From Fimbriosthenelais zetlandica (taxonomy: Eukaryota): a DNA stretch of 64,000 nt. This document shows, in pieces, positions 48,326 through 62,367 of this stretch (the stretch's first letter is position 1; each line of letters opens with the position of its first letter). A program made the translations under genes and the position numbers. Location of the stretch: NCBI GenBank assembly GCA_977030845.1, contig OZ365114.1, forward strand, positions 22,258,001-22,322,000, written 5' to 3'. The notes beneath the pieces were generated by a model. That model was not told the DNA's origin. It made no database searches and was given only the letters and a program-made list of their open reading frames with translations.

Positions 48326-51300
48326 CCGTCTCATTCTGTCAGCATCAGCGCCACCATTCGGGCATTGTGTAAACTAGAAGGCCAGCCCCGCTTTGAGATG
48401 CTGCATCCCAATTATTGCTGTCGTCGCCCAAGTAATCGGATCATTTAGGGCAAATTGGTAAATAGCATTATGAAATTATGTTTCATAATGTTCATTAGGC
48501 GGGGATAATTAGGGGGGAGAAGGAAAACATGCCTGTCAAAGGGCCTCATTCTGACTAGCGCATGCTTTGATTTGTTAGCCTGCCCGAGTTGCTCCTTTCT
48601 GTAAGGAGAGAGCAGCTCTAAGCCTGAGCACTGCGCCACCATGAGATGCCAGCAAATCACTAGCGATTGCCTCCAAATTGATAAAACTCGGTGAGCGTGG
48701 AAGAAGACGGCACCAACCATGAAAGGAGGGATAAACATTTTCCTTACTGGCCTTCACATTGTCTGTACTATACGGCTGGCCAAGGCAAATCCAATTTTGC
48801 CAGATAAAATTTATAATTAAACTCAATTTTGCATGAAATGGCTCGGGCCTTGGTGGCCAGCCAATTTGCATACTGATTCAGTGTAATATGAAGTGATTAT
48901 CCTCATTCTTGCAGTGCCTTTTATCGCATTAGCGACAGTACAGATCCCTAATGCAGTGGCTCTATGGCCAATTGTGTTTGGAGCGCCGGGAGCGGGTTAC
49001 ATGGGGGAGGGGAGGAGAAAGCGTGTTTTGTGAGTGACTCGGCTGGGTATGAGAGAGCATTATGTGTAGGGAGCCCCGTGAGGCAACTGAGCGAAAGCTA
49101 GGGGGGCCGGCGTGCCCCAGGACAAGCCCGCCCGGGACAGTACACCGTCAAACAGAGCCCAGAGCAAATAGTCCAGCTTGATGGACAGCCCGCTCACTGA
49201 TTCGATTACGTCGTGACGCGGTCATCATGCGGAACTTCTTCCGCCTGACAAATTCCGGGTCGGGGCCAATGGCACGGGCTCTTGGTGACAACAAGGAGAC
49301 GACAGTAGTGAGGAGAGAAGGAGGGGGTGTGAGCTGGTGGGGGGAAGGGTGGGGCAGGCGAACCAAGAGCGCTATTAGGGCATGATAATGAGACGAAAAT
49401 TGCCTTTTGATTAAATCTTGTGTGTGCGGGCCATGCGCCCAGCCACACCAAATTGTGTTAGGCGTGGCGGGCAATTGTTTTCATTGCTGTAATAGAAAAA
49501 TGATGAGCATAATTGAGTGATAGCTAATAAGTGATTTTAATATGGATATTAAATATCCGGTAAATTGCCTGGTTGTTCTTTGCTAGCCTTTCTGTTTGCA
49601 ACTTGTGGTGCAGCTATGCAGAAATCACATTATAGTGTAGAGCGCAGGCGGCTTTTTTCCTGATTACCGGATGAGGGTGTAGTTGATAGTGTCCCCTGAT
49701 GGAAACGGTATCCATTCTATTAATCAGCTCACTTAGTTCCCGGCTGACTCAACACATGACAAGCTTTCACTATTATTGTTTCCTCTGCCATTTAAAAGAA
49801 GAATGGGAGAAGCACAATCACAAGCACAAGGGGATAGACAACTATAACGCCCTACTACTGCCTAATAAGCTGCTTTTTAAGTTACCAAGTGGAATATATC
49901 TTTAATTCCTCTCCTCCAAATATTCTTCCTGAGACATATAGGCCTACATAGACGACCTTGCAAGACGTAGAATGTACAAAAAGTGTGAAGCTTTAAGCCT
50001 CATGTCCATGTTATAAACACTTGTGATTCAAATAAAATCAAATCGATTTCATGCCAATATTTCGGAACAGAAATCGTCCAACCGTTGGATCTGTTTATAT
50101 TGGCATATCATATTGGCTTTATAGTTGAGAAGATGTTTATCATCAACTTTAGATCTGGAGAGTTATATCGCTTTTCACCATATGTTGCCGATTCAGAGGC
50201 AAATAAAATTGCACTCCTTTTTTCTCACATCCCCTTTGATACAGATATATCTATTACTTCTGTTCCCATAGAAACGTCTCAAAAGGACATACAGGAAAGA
50301 TTAAGAAAGCCTATCTAGGAGCAATCTATTTCTGACATCTGCTTTAACTTGGCTCAGATACTTTCATGTGTTAAACAATCACATCTTTGTGTATCTTAAG
50401 ACACTCTTCTGTTTTGGCTGCCAACATTTGAACTTTTCTCTTTTCGCCCCTCCCAGATCAGACGTCTCCACGTGATGTGGCGCATCTGTCCTGGGGCTGG
50501 CGAGGAAGCCACCTGTCCGCGACGGTGGGAAGCAATGACATCCACATGTGGAGGGAAACTAGAGACTGTATGTATCCAACCCAGCAAAAGGTAGATAAAT
50601 GTTGGTAGATCCGAAACTCACATTCTTACCTCCCAATTATACATGTCCCACCGCTAAGCTTGTTTCCCTGTGTTACTGCCGCCTGCCCTTTCACTCGCCA
50701 CTCCTGTCATTCCCTACCTCTTCCATCTTCTGATCTGCCTGCCATCTTTGTTTTTCTTCTTTCTCATTTGCTCCCTGAAGCTCATTATCTTTACCCTTTT
50801 TACCTATGTAAAGGTATGAAGATTCCAATTGGATTTTTACAAAAATTTATTTCAATTCATCTTCACAAACATACTTGTTTGCCACTTTGAAATCTAAAGA
50901 TCAACATTTAATTGTTGACAAAGTATGGGACTTTTTAAGCTCTGGTAGTTTTTACAAGGTCAAATGAAAGGGATGAAACTCACATTTTGTGCTTATGTTA
51001 ACCGCGAATATGATCTCTGTGCTGGGATGCATTAGATCGGCTTTTGCAGTCGGGAGGGAAAAGGGAGGAAAACCAACAAGATCTGAGAGTCTAATTGAAA
51101 CCTCTTCCCCCTGAACACCATGGGATTCTCAATCGGTTTCGCACATGTTCAACACTCCCTTGTTAGCCCTGCTTTTGCCCTTTCAAATGTGTTGCCAGCG
51201 ACACCTGGGTAATCATTGTGAATGAGAAAAAGTGCCCCCTGGCTCCCCTATTGCTTTTCTACCCTCTGTATCATGATGTGTCTCTTCCAGGAATCTATAT

Positions 51301-53775
51301 TAATAGTTTCTGCATAGGTGTCATTGTTATAATTATCAAGGCCCGAAAAGTAGAATAATTATAATTGAGATGTGTCAAATTGGGTTAATTTCTGATCTTA
51401 TTTGCTCTCTTTTACATGGAGTGAGTTAGATTCAATGATGGGAGTCAAGCTGTGACTAAAATCCCAACCCAGAAATCAGACAGGGATAACACTATCAGCA
51501 AAACTGGAATGGACTGTTAATCAATGTATAATTAGCTGGCTTCATTTGAAGCCTGCATGAGTCCACACTGAAAACTGGAAACCAGCTGCAAAACAATAGG
51601 ATTCATTTACAACAAAAACATAATAATTCCAGCATTAAAAGGTAAAAAGAAGTCATCTGACAGGGTGATGGCACCAAGGGGAAGAAAGCTTCCCTGAGTG
51701 CCTTTTGTATTTAGAGTAGGAGAAGAGGGGCAGGACTAGCATGTCAAAGGGAAGTGTGTGTGTTGGCCCTGACTGGCATCGCTGACAAAGCGAGCTGGTC
51801 ATAATGACGTCTCCTATTGTCAAAGATCCATGATCAAAGGCTACTTCCACCAGCGCCCCCATCGCCATCTTTCAACAACTTGTTTCCTTACAGTTTCCCT
51901 TCGCCGCCGGTTTATTTTTAACGCCCTCTTCTCGCCGACTTGGAGAGTTCAATAATAAGGCGACGATTCATCCCGGCTTAAGTTTCCGGTCTATGTTTGC
52001 CTTCCAAATACCCGGATGTTTCCACCTCCAAGGGATGGTGTCCCTGGCCTCTGCGTTTGGAAGCCATTATATCCTCGTCGTTCTCAGGATTTCTCATTTT
52101 GAGGTTTTCTTTATTTTCTTTCCACGCGTCGATAGAGGGTGTGAATCCAGAGGGTGTGCCAATTCCTGGGATCTTCTCAGACACTCCCTCGGGTCCTTAA
52201 AGTATCGCAGGAGAAAAGACGAAAGTAAACTGTATACTCGACTCGGCTCTAACCTGTAAACTTCCATTTATATTGGCTTAGACTGCTAGATCAAATCACA
52301 TTCTAAACCAAACATATTATTCATTCCGATCGGCTCCAACGTTTTGGCACTTGCACAATAGGAAACATTCAACTTTGGAGGGAAATCATTTTCTCTGCAA
52401 GTTAAAAAAGTGAGTTGGGGCACAAAGGCAGGATAGGTTGCAGGGTGCGAGTCAACTAAAGAGATGAGTTTTCCCGGCTGTTAATTTGCCCACCAATCGT
52501 TTCCGACCCTCTATTCTGTTGGTTGCTATTCACTAGTGCTTGAGGGAGAATAACGTGTTTGGAATGGAGGATATTCCAGCTGTCGCAGAGTAGCAATCGC
52601 CTGGAATCACCAAGCGACTGCTTTAATGCTGTCGCTTTCCACAGTGTGACGCCACCGGTTCTAGCATTTGCTTAGGGTGAACAAAGCTCGCTATGGTTAA
52701 TGTCTACGTTGCATTCTAGGACTAGGTAGGCCTACATATATCATCTGTCTATTCCAATGGATTTATAGAATCTATACCCATGTATGTTTATGACACTCTG
52801 ATTAACCATTAAAGAATGTATCTAATCACCTAAGCTTGATTGACATGATGAGCCAGGTTTTGCTATAATAGGCTCATTCATCCCACATGGTGAGTCAGGT
52901 TTGACTGGACTTCATGGACATATCATGTTGACATTAAATTTTCAGGTTTCATTCTGTGCTCGCTAGGGACATGGGATGTCCAGGACCCATAGATACTTTC
53001 CCCTTCTCCTCCTCCTTACCATTGTCCCCCACCCATACTTTCCTTCTCCTTTCTGTGTGCTCTTCTCTCTCCATGTCTTTCCTGTACTCATGACCTCGCT
53101 CTTCCCTGACCTGCCTCAGATGTCGTGTGGAGTACACCCAGCTCCAACCCTGGAGAAAAATACACCCACCAGAGAGGGGCATAACGAGGAGAAAAGATGA
53201 GCGTCTGAAATAATCAGAGAAATGCATTGTTACATTGTCAAACAACATGAAGACAATTGCTCCTCAGATTGGGGCCATTTTGATGGTGCGCCTGACGAGG
53301 TGGACAATGAGAAGCATGGCCGCGCCCTCTCTTCATCATGTCAGATTGTTTTGTTTCCTTGAAAGCAAAGCGCTCCTTCAGAATTGACAAAGATTTGTGA
53401 TTCAGAGGACAGGGTGGGGCGGGGATTTGGAGGTGAAGGGGTTTGTGTGTGCATTTAAGAAAAGGGAGAGTTGAAAGAGAGAAGGGGACTTCATCACGCT
53501 ATCCATGTTCATTGCATGCCTGCACCGACACATTTCCCGGCATTTGGCACTCTCCTCTCTTGGTGTCATGAAGTTCATAGCTCCTGAGCACTAATAATGG
53601 CCGGTGTAAAACAATCAGGGATAGAAATCCACCCGGTGTCCCTTTCAATTAGCTACAAAGGGTACAATGATGCAAACAAACGATCGCAGCAGATCTCGGC
53701 GAAGTACACAATGATGTGTTTCCGGTGGCAGAATGCGCACGCAACTCTGGGTGTTGAGTGTAGGAACCCAAAGGA

Positions 53776-53790
53776 CCACTAGGCGGCGCT
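53776..53790 (+). promoter_or_regulatory. CTCF-consensus site
   Basis: CCACTAGGCGGCGCT, one deviation from the core consensus. Confidence 0.45.
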
Positions 53791-56700
53791 CTTGATATAA
53801 GGGAGCATTAACCTCATACACTGAAGACATGGCTACTTATTCTAATACTTGATTTGGAATAAGATGAACCTACAGGTATTTCAATTTCATTAGAAAACCG
53901 AAGTTGAATTGAAAATTGAAATTCCTTTGAGGTTGCTTCCCAAGTTTTTTCCACTTATTAGAGCCGCATATCATTATAAGCCTAAATGCTTCAATAATTT
54001 GGTTGGTTTTCAATGTTTAGAATTGTTATTTTAATTATTTGACATTAACTGTTTGTGTATTATACTTGCATCCTGGTTATTTCTGTTATTGTAATACCAT
54101 ATCAGATTATTGGATCAGTATAGACATACAGTTTACTATCTTGCTGCCCTATAATCGCTTCCCTGTTTTCCCTAATGAAGGCTCTGTATGAATAATGAAT
54201 TATCAATTAAGCCTTTTGTCGACTGTTCCATGGGCCATTGGCAGGTGTGTGTTTTTCTTCACCTGCACGAGAAGCGGCAATCAGAGCGCTGGATCAGGCG
54301 ACGATCACTACTGAAGAGTGCGAAGAAATGAAGTAACATGTGAAGGACAGCATCATTACAGCGACCTATCGCCCACACCTCGAAGCGACCACAACCCTGG
54401 CGATTGTGTCGCATGCAAACATACTTTATTGGTCACCCAACAACCATTCAACTCTAGCAACCCGAGAAATAACCTTGACAGCCTGACATTGCTGGTATAC
54501 ACAGAAGAATGGATGAGGTATATATATCAATACCTCTATACAATGATATCCTATTGACAGTCCATGGATGTCCAACATGGCCTTGGGAATTTACACCAAG
54601 AAACTATTACCAATACAATTCCTCTTACCAGTTACCAGTACAGATGGCATCGATTGCCTTGACTGAGCTGAGTGCCATACAATGTTAAATCATTCCTTTA
54701 TGTCAAATCTACATTATACTCATCAGGTTTAGCTTGCATTCATGTGATATAATCACATGTAATCACATGCCTTCAGTGATGTGGTGACTCTCAATAAATC
54801 TAAGTTCTTCTATTGCCCTGTATTAAACTAAGTTTAAGTTACTGATCATTGAAGTACTTAACAGTCAAAAGAAAACAGTCTCTTGGTTCTATAGCCGTCC
54901 AGCAAATAACATGAGAATATTTGTCAGTGTGTGGAAATTGTCCGTCAAATTTGTCATATGGATTAGGTTGTGAGAAAAGTTTTTAAAAACCCCTGTAGTG
55001 ACAGGGTGGATTTAGAATACCCGGGTGCCCAGACAGCAAGTTTGTTTTGAAAGTCCCAGAGTAGCACATGAGAAAAAAGCTGTGGTAAGGATGAGGGGCA
55101 GAGTGGCGATGCGCTGTTTGTTTGGCCTTGTCCTTTTCTGGGGAACATGTTGAGAAGTAGTGAGATGTGAATAGACAGGCGAGCTATAATAGGGACGGAC
55201 AGCTTAGCGTACACCATACTCTATCATGTTTCTCTGTTGGCTTTCCTTTCTTTCCTACCTCCGTCTCAGACATAGTGAGCTCTCCATGGACATTAGCTGC
55301 CTTGGACTTTTTTGAACTTATAATTCAATCAAAGGACTGTTTCCTGTCTGATATAGAGCTATGTTCCATGAACTTTCAAGTATGTCGCGTTATATGCCAA
55401 CTTGCTTATCTTCCAAGTAAGGGTTGAAACCTACCCATCCATATCACATCTTGAAGGATGAATGGAGATTGGAGAACATAAACTGAACATTGAGATCTTT
55501 CTTATAATCTCCTCCTTATGTTAAAGATTTCAATCAAGAGGAGGATTGAAATTTCTTTTCACAGCTCATCCCACGCTTGAGGAAGCTGAGGAATTTGACA
55601 GTGAAGCGTCATGTAGTCATCTGATTAAGTGACAACCACCAACACTGGCCTTTTATGTCTTCTCCCTGATCCCTGAAGTGTATATGAGTAAAAGTGGCTT
55701 AAGAGAAATGTTTGACACCAAATTCCTTCTACCTGCCACTGTGCGAGTGGGGGCAGGTCTTGATCACAGTATATTAATGGCAAAATTATCACGGTGATTA
55801 ACTTTATCATCACTAGAAAAATCGATTCAAATTTTGAATCGTGTTTATACTCAATGAATGAGGTCTGTACCTGCATCATATTCCTACATTAGGTTGTACA
55901 TTATTGTGGGGCACTTTTCCCCTATTCTATGTATATAAAAACTGTACATAACATACAGAAATCATGGAATCTTTAGCAACCATTAGTTCCAATCTTGTCC
56001 AATTTAATTTGAAAGATGCATTCGTAAGAGTTCTATATGTTAAATGTTGGCTTTCAAGATATCAAAAAAGGAACATCACTTTGTCCATGTTTGCCACTGT
56101 AAATAGTTAATATATCAGATGTTAAAAGGCTTGCCATGAACATGAGTTTCAGTTGAACTGGTCCACATTCAAATTGAACTTGGGAATGGTCCCTCACCTA
56201 GTGAGATATGGGCCTCTTTATGCAAGCCTTTCTTTGACAAGGTTTGTGTTGGTGGCGACGTGAGTAGTATATGTGTCACCTCTGTCCTTTGACTTTTTGT
56301 AATTACATCATTTACTTTTATTTTCCCCACAGCTTTTGTGCAATTCATGGGTGATCATATGTTAGAAGCATCAGTTAACACGCCACCTAACGTTCATATT
56401 ATGTCCCCTCAAATTCCCTTTACCCCTCTCCCCTTTAAGTGATATACTCTGGTGAAACATACCTAAAGCTTTTTGCTGTTATCTGAAAATTAAAGGCACT
56501 AGAGATTGACAAGTTGTATTCACTGCCACTGCTGCTACTGTTGGGTGATAATAGGGGACTTTAGAGGGGGCGGACATGTTGAAAAGCGGGGTCGCCGGTG
56601 GGGGCAGCACCAGGGGTCAGACTCAGTCAGGTAGTGGGGGACATATAGGTAAGGGCCTTGCCGCCTCTACACACATTTTGTTCGCCGTTTAACAGATTAT

Positions 56701-59700
56701 GCGATGGATGCTTTGTGTTGGGGCAGTGACCCGGACCCTGCCTTGAATGGGACTGGATTTATAGCCTTCTGAAGCCTTCTACTTGCCTCGCCCGACTGAC
56801 ATGTTTGCTGCATTGTCCGCAGGTTCAGCCGCGCTCAAAATGCACAAACATTTATTGTGGGGGCCCGGGGTGAAATGAAAGTTTGAAAGGCTGAATGCCC
56901 CTAATTCTCCAGGTGCTTTCGAGCTCGCATCTCTATAATTTGACCGAACAAGAGGCACATAACACAGGCATAATAGAAATGTATTGAGGACGGAAGGCGC
57001 AATGGCGGGCACAAAAGGCAGTGAAGAGGGGCTTTCAGGAGTAATGAATAGCGATTGAAAGCCGGGCTTTTGTGGCCGGCGTAATGAATGGCAGCGACAA
57101 ATACCGCCATTCACCAGAAATTGACATGCCATTGTGCAGCAACGTAATGAAATCAACACAACCCTTAGTCAAGGCGATTGAGCCATTGTTCGCGCCAAGA
57201 TTGAAAATCATTGAAATCGGCCGTGGAATAATAGTGTTGAAAGGGGCCAAGAATGGCCTTGGAAACAAGCTATTCAAAAGTGAATGCGCGCAAACTAAGG
57301 CTACATTGACTAACTACATAAAGCTATTCACGCTTTTTATCTGCGAGTATCTCGTCCTGAATAGGCTGAAATGAAATCGCTCAAAAGCCTGTGTGCGGAT
57401 TTATCAGGGCCTGGCTAGCAATTAGCATTGCAATGGCGGCTGGGTCTGACCCGCTCCAGGAGCACAATCGGGTGGGGGAGAGGAGAGCCAGAGGCTGTCT
57501 CCCTCAAACTGGCTTCTATCGGGCAAGTTTTCAATAGGTACCCCCTCCCTCAATCCTCCTCCATCCTCCTCCTCCACCTTCCCACCCTTTTCCATCCTGC
57601 TCCATTCTCGGTCTTTCACATAGAATCCCGCGAGAGCTCAGCGTGGTCTCCTTAGTTCCGGGACTGTCCGCACCGATCGCTACATTGGTGCGCCTATCGC
57701 ATGTGGGCAGATCAGGGCAGGAATAAAAGTGACGACAAAAGCAGTAGGCAGAGCCTTTTCACCCGGAATAATAGCGTAGACAATGCGCCAGTATGTGTGT
57801 CCCCATCCCTACAACAATCGCTTGCCGATTGTCGCTGACTATGGCGGGCGATTTTTTTGTAAGGATAATCTGACGGTAGAATGAAAGAAGCAATAAAAGG
57901 CCAAGTATCGCCATAGCAACTGGCACTTTCAGCACGTCACTGCATGGTCTCAACAAACGTGCCTTGCTTAGAGCGACAGAATAGACCCACACACACTCAC
58001 TTCACGAAAAAAACTCACAACAAAATTCTTTCAATTTAGAATTTAAAAAATATTCGGGTGTCCATTATTCAATTGTACCTGTACTGTTTAACAGGACAGG
58101 ACAATTCAAAATGCAGGCAAACTGGATCGTCGCGCGTTTGGATGCTTTAAAAAGTGACACATATTTGTAAATGGAAAAAGCTATTTGTGCTGAAGGGGAT
58201 TAAATATTCCCCAGGTTGAGTGGTGTGGAAGCCATTGAAGAGGTGTGAAATAAAAGCCATATTGTGATGTGCATGCATCAAAACCAGAGGAAAAACTCAA
58301 GTTTAATGCTGATTCAGATGCTTGTCCAACCAGAACCGAAGCCATTCTTGTCGTTGCTGGCACTCAGGTGCCTGTACTTACCAAACATGCATTGGAAACT
58401 CCCGATTCAAGCCCAGTATTCGACTTAGTTGCTCAACTTACATAGTCTGTGCTCAAATATTGAGATGAAATGAGTGGTAATGCTTTGAGCATTTTCATAA
58501 CATCGTCTTCCATCGCTAGCAATTTTAATATGAAGTCCAGAGAAGTGTGTCCTCATTCTCAGCCCAGCATCAGCATGTAAATCAGCTGCAGCAACCTCTC
58601 CCCAGCTCCTGCAGTTACCGCTGCTCCCCATTCCTCCATCTACTTTACCAACCCTCCACTTTTCATCTCTTTATTTCTCTGTCCACAACTCCTTTATCAT
58701 CCTCATGTCGTCTTCCTTTCACTCTCCTAGCTTTTCATTCTCTGATCGCAGACATTTCCCCTTTTGTTTCCCTCTTTTGTTCATACCACAATGTCGACTT
58801 CCTAAATGCTTTCTTACACCACTTAGCTGAGGTGTTTTCTTTTAACCGAATCTTTTGTCCCCGGAAACTGGATCATATGCTTGCTACTTGAGTACCAATA
58901 GAATTTAACACAATACCCTTCTCCATTATTGTACAGGAATTAGCCCCCGGGAAAGCGACTTAAGAAGAATAGCATAGTTTAAGGCTTTTAGCACCACCTT
59001 TCAGTGTGTTGGTATCAGATAATCTGCTCCAATCAAGCCCTACATATAATACATGCACATGCCTTAGGTTCCTTCTTCTTTTCTCGTTTCTTCGTCTTTT
59101 AAATCTTTCCATCTTGTATTTTTTCATCTGATATGAAAGATTTGCTAACGAGCCAAAATTTAAAAAGAAAAAGAAAGGATTTTCTATGCGACTGAACATG
59201 GTATAGTTGCTTCAAATGAAAGATTTAGTTTTGAACTTTATTGACATTGCATGGTTTGTGGGAGAAATTGACCCTCTGTATCTTCATTTCAAATATTTCT
59301 AAATAACGCCATTTGGATGTCAACGTCTTTAATCAAATATTTCTTTTGAGTTCTTGAGTTCCTTCATTGTGTTGTGACACTGAAAGACATCTGGGGTTGA
59401 GGAAGTGATGAAGGGACAAGCTCTACCATAAATACCCCTCCTCCTCACTCTGTTTGTGCAGATAATTGAAACTGATCATCTTTCCTCTTAAGGGACTGCC
59501 CAAGGACCAGGCTGTGCGAGCACTTTTTCTCGAGTATTTAACTTGCGATTGGCCTCAGCCAAATGACCCCACTTTACTCGTGCATGAAGTTCATTTTCCA
59601 TTTTAAGTTTCTTGAATAATGGAACCAGAAATAATATATTGACCCCACGCCATACTTATTTTGTTCCATACCTAATTTTCTTATGTCTATGGTCGACTAT

Positions 59701-62367
59701 GCCCTCACATTATATGTAAGTAGTACATAAAATGGGCACTTGTGTGATGCTGTATAATCTTGATGAATTCCGCATAAATTGTTTCGTATAAGAACAAAAT
59801 CTTTTCCCATGCTTGGCTGGTGTACCCGGCAACAGCTTGAGTGATAATTTAGCTATTAACTCCTGTTTCCAACACGTTAAATCTCTTAAGGTTAACCAGT
59901 AAAATCTCTTAATGGTGGTAAGTGTTATAATCAACTAATAGATCTTAGCGCATGAATAGAAGTTACTCAGATTAACCCGCAACACTAGTATGTAAAAATA
60001 GGTGATTGGGTGCAAATTTGCTACCTACCTGAATGGGCTATTTTTATGCAGATCGACCCGCTTCCTCTGTTTACACAAGTTTACAATAAGGTCTGATATT
60101 ACCTGTAGAAATGGGGAGATTAGTAGATAATTGACCAGCCATTGCACTCATTATTCATAGATTCCAGGTAGTTTATCACAACAAAATTCCCAAGACTGGA
60201 CCCCTATTCAGCCCCATAATTAGACGTAAGAGTTGATGGTGTTTTCTTGGTCGTACACAAAGGGGACGGTCATTGCCACATTGTGTCCACTTCTAGACCC
60301 TCGTTTCTATCAGGGCCCTCACAATAGAAGGGCCAGATAACACCCCTTGATTGCTTGCTTCTCTTTCAGTGTTTTCATCAGCATATCTAAAGCAGGGTTG
60401 GATAAAATAGACCTGGTTTCTTTTGAGGCCACCTTTATATATCTCCTTAGTCTTTGTTCACCTACTCCTGTGCATTTAGAAGCTATTTCCGTTCTACACC
60501 TCCCATTGAAATTGTGGCTTTTGATTCTATACAACCAAGTGACAATCCACCACAAAAGGAGAGTGGAAAAAATAAGACGGGCCCATTTCAAGTAATAAAA
60601 GCTGTTCTTAGGAGGTTTTCTTCTCCGGATAATGTTAACATTCCAGGGTCTTTGAGATCGTGAATTGAAATTTTATGTGGAGGAGTAGAGTTACCATATC
60701 AAGTGCACACCTGGGAAGATATAAATAATTACCTTGGATAAATTATGCATTAAGTATTGGCCTCTGATCCCCCCTCCTTACATCATAATAAAAGAGTTTA
60801 GCTTGCTCATATAAAGGCTATTTCATTTCATTCATTGGCACTCAATAAAGTGACACATGGGTAAATAGGTTCTCACTCAGCCACACCCTTTCATATGGGA
60901 ATATATCAGGCCTTTCTACAGCCGCAGTATTATAATGTCATGATTGTGACTCGTTCACCTTCAGATGCTTTAGTGCATCTTCATACCTCCATAACTATCA
61001 TCCGATTATATTTTACTTTGATCCTTTGGTATAGTCTGCTTAGAAATTATTAAATATCAACATCTTTTTATATTCATATATAGATAAGTATTTGTTAGTG
61101 AACTGCTCATGAACACGGAAAATAGTTATAATCTAATTTAGTAAAGGTACATTCTTGGTATATTGAGATTTCCTAATGCCTAACAAGAATCTATCCTCTT
61201 GCCATATGAAGCCATGTGGCTTCCTTATTATAAAAGGTCTCTATATATGGACACCTGTTGCCCTCAGCCCCTTTTCCTTCTCAGCCCACCTTCCCCTCCC
61301 CATATACACCCTATCACCCATTAAGTCAGTCCCCAACCACCCCATTTTCCCACCTGCTAGCACACAAAAGCCCCCCATCAGTTACACATCAGGGCACATC
61401 CAAACACCGTCCCCCAACCCGGGTCAGATGACATCATCGGCGAATAAAAGACTCCACAATGAAACCATTACACTTGACATTATCTCAGGCAGTATATATA
61501 CCGCACTGTGAGTTGCTTTCAGTAGCCATTCTCACAAGGTGTCAGTACACTGTGATTCTAAAGGCCCCTGGTCTTTCAAAGCTACAGAAGCTTAGTCACA
61601 GCCCACTGTGCCCCTTCCCCAATCTCCAAGTGTCATCAACAGGTAGCTCTAGTTGTGAATAATTTATCCGCCTGACAACCCTCCAGCTCCCCCAGTCTTT
61701 ATCATACCTCAATGTCTCACTTTGAACTAATGTTGTTTTAGTCAATGTGCAAAAAGGCACAAAAGCCCTTTATGTCTTTATTTCTATAGATTGAATGGAA
61801 AGTGCCCTTTCATTCAGCTCAATAGTCGTCAGGTCTGAAAGGCCCTATTGTCCAATCGATGTATTCATGGTATTCGCATATTGCTCTCCCCACTCTCGAC
61901 CATGATTTAAGAAGTACTCGATTGAAATCATTTCTTATAAATATCACTTCTCTCTCCTCTTTTTCCCTATCTCAAATGTTTAATCTATACAGAGCATTTC
62001 AAGATATATTTTTCAGCACGTCAATATTATATTTGTGTTTGAGATTGAAGATTTAACCATATCCTTAATCTTTCAGTAAACCACATCTAGCTTTTCTCTA
62101 ATCCAACCACCTTCTCCCACCCTTTTGTCAGTTTCTAAAGATTTTCATGTCTTTTATACATTCACTGGGCCCAATACCAACAGTGCGGGCTGTGTCTTAT
62201 TCTCTATCCTTCACAATGTGGGCGTCTATTCATCGTTCAATAAAACATTCAAATATCAAACTCATGGAATAACGGTCCAAGGTGGTGACTACCAGTGCGA
62301 GTAAATAGCATTGCTTTAAATACATGCCTTTGACGACCAGTGGCCATGAACATTCACCGATTGCCCT

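Noticed and set aside
39989-52259. Longer ORFs in the gene-free region (39989, 44018, 47929, 51978 and others)
   Set aside because: No recognisable domain, composition rich in Cys/His/Trp/Leu, and overlapping ORFs in several frames, as expected in GC-richer non-coding patches.
30960-52900. Four plus-strand ATG|GTRAG sites (about 30965, 33929, 44064, 52889) suggesting alternative ATG-only first exons
   Set aside because: About one is expected by chance in this span, and there is no downstream coding exon to join. Too weak.
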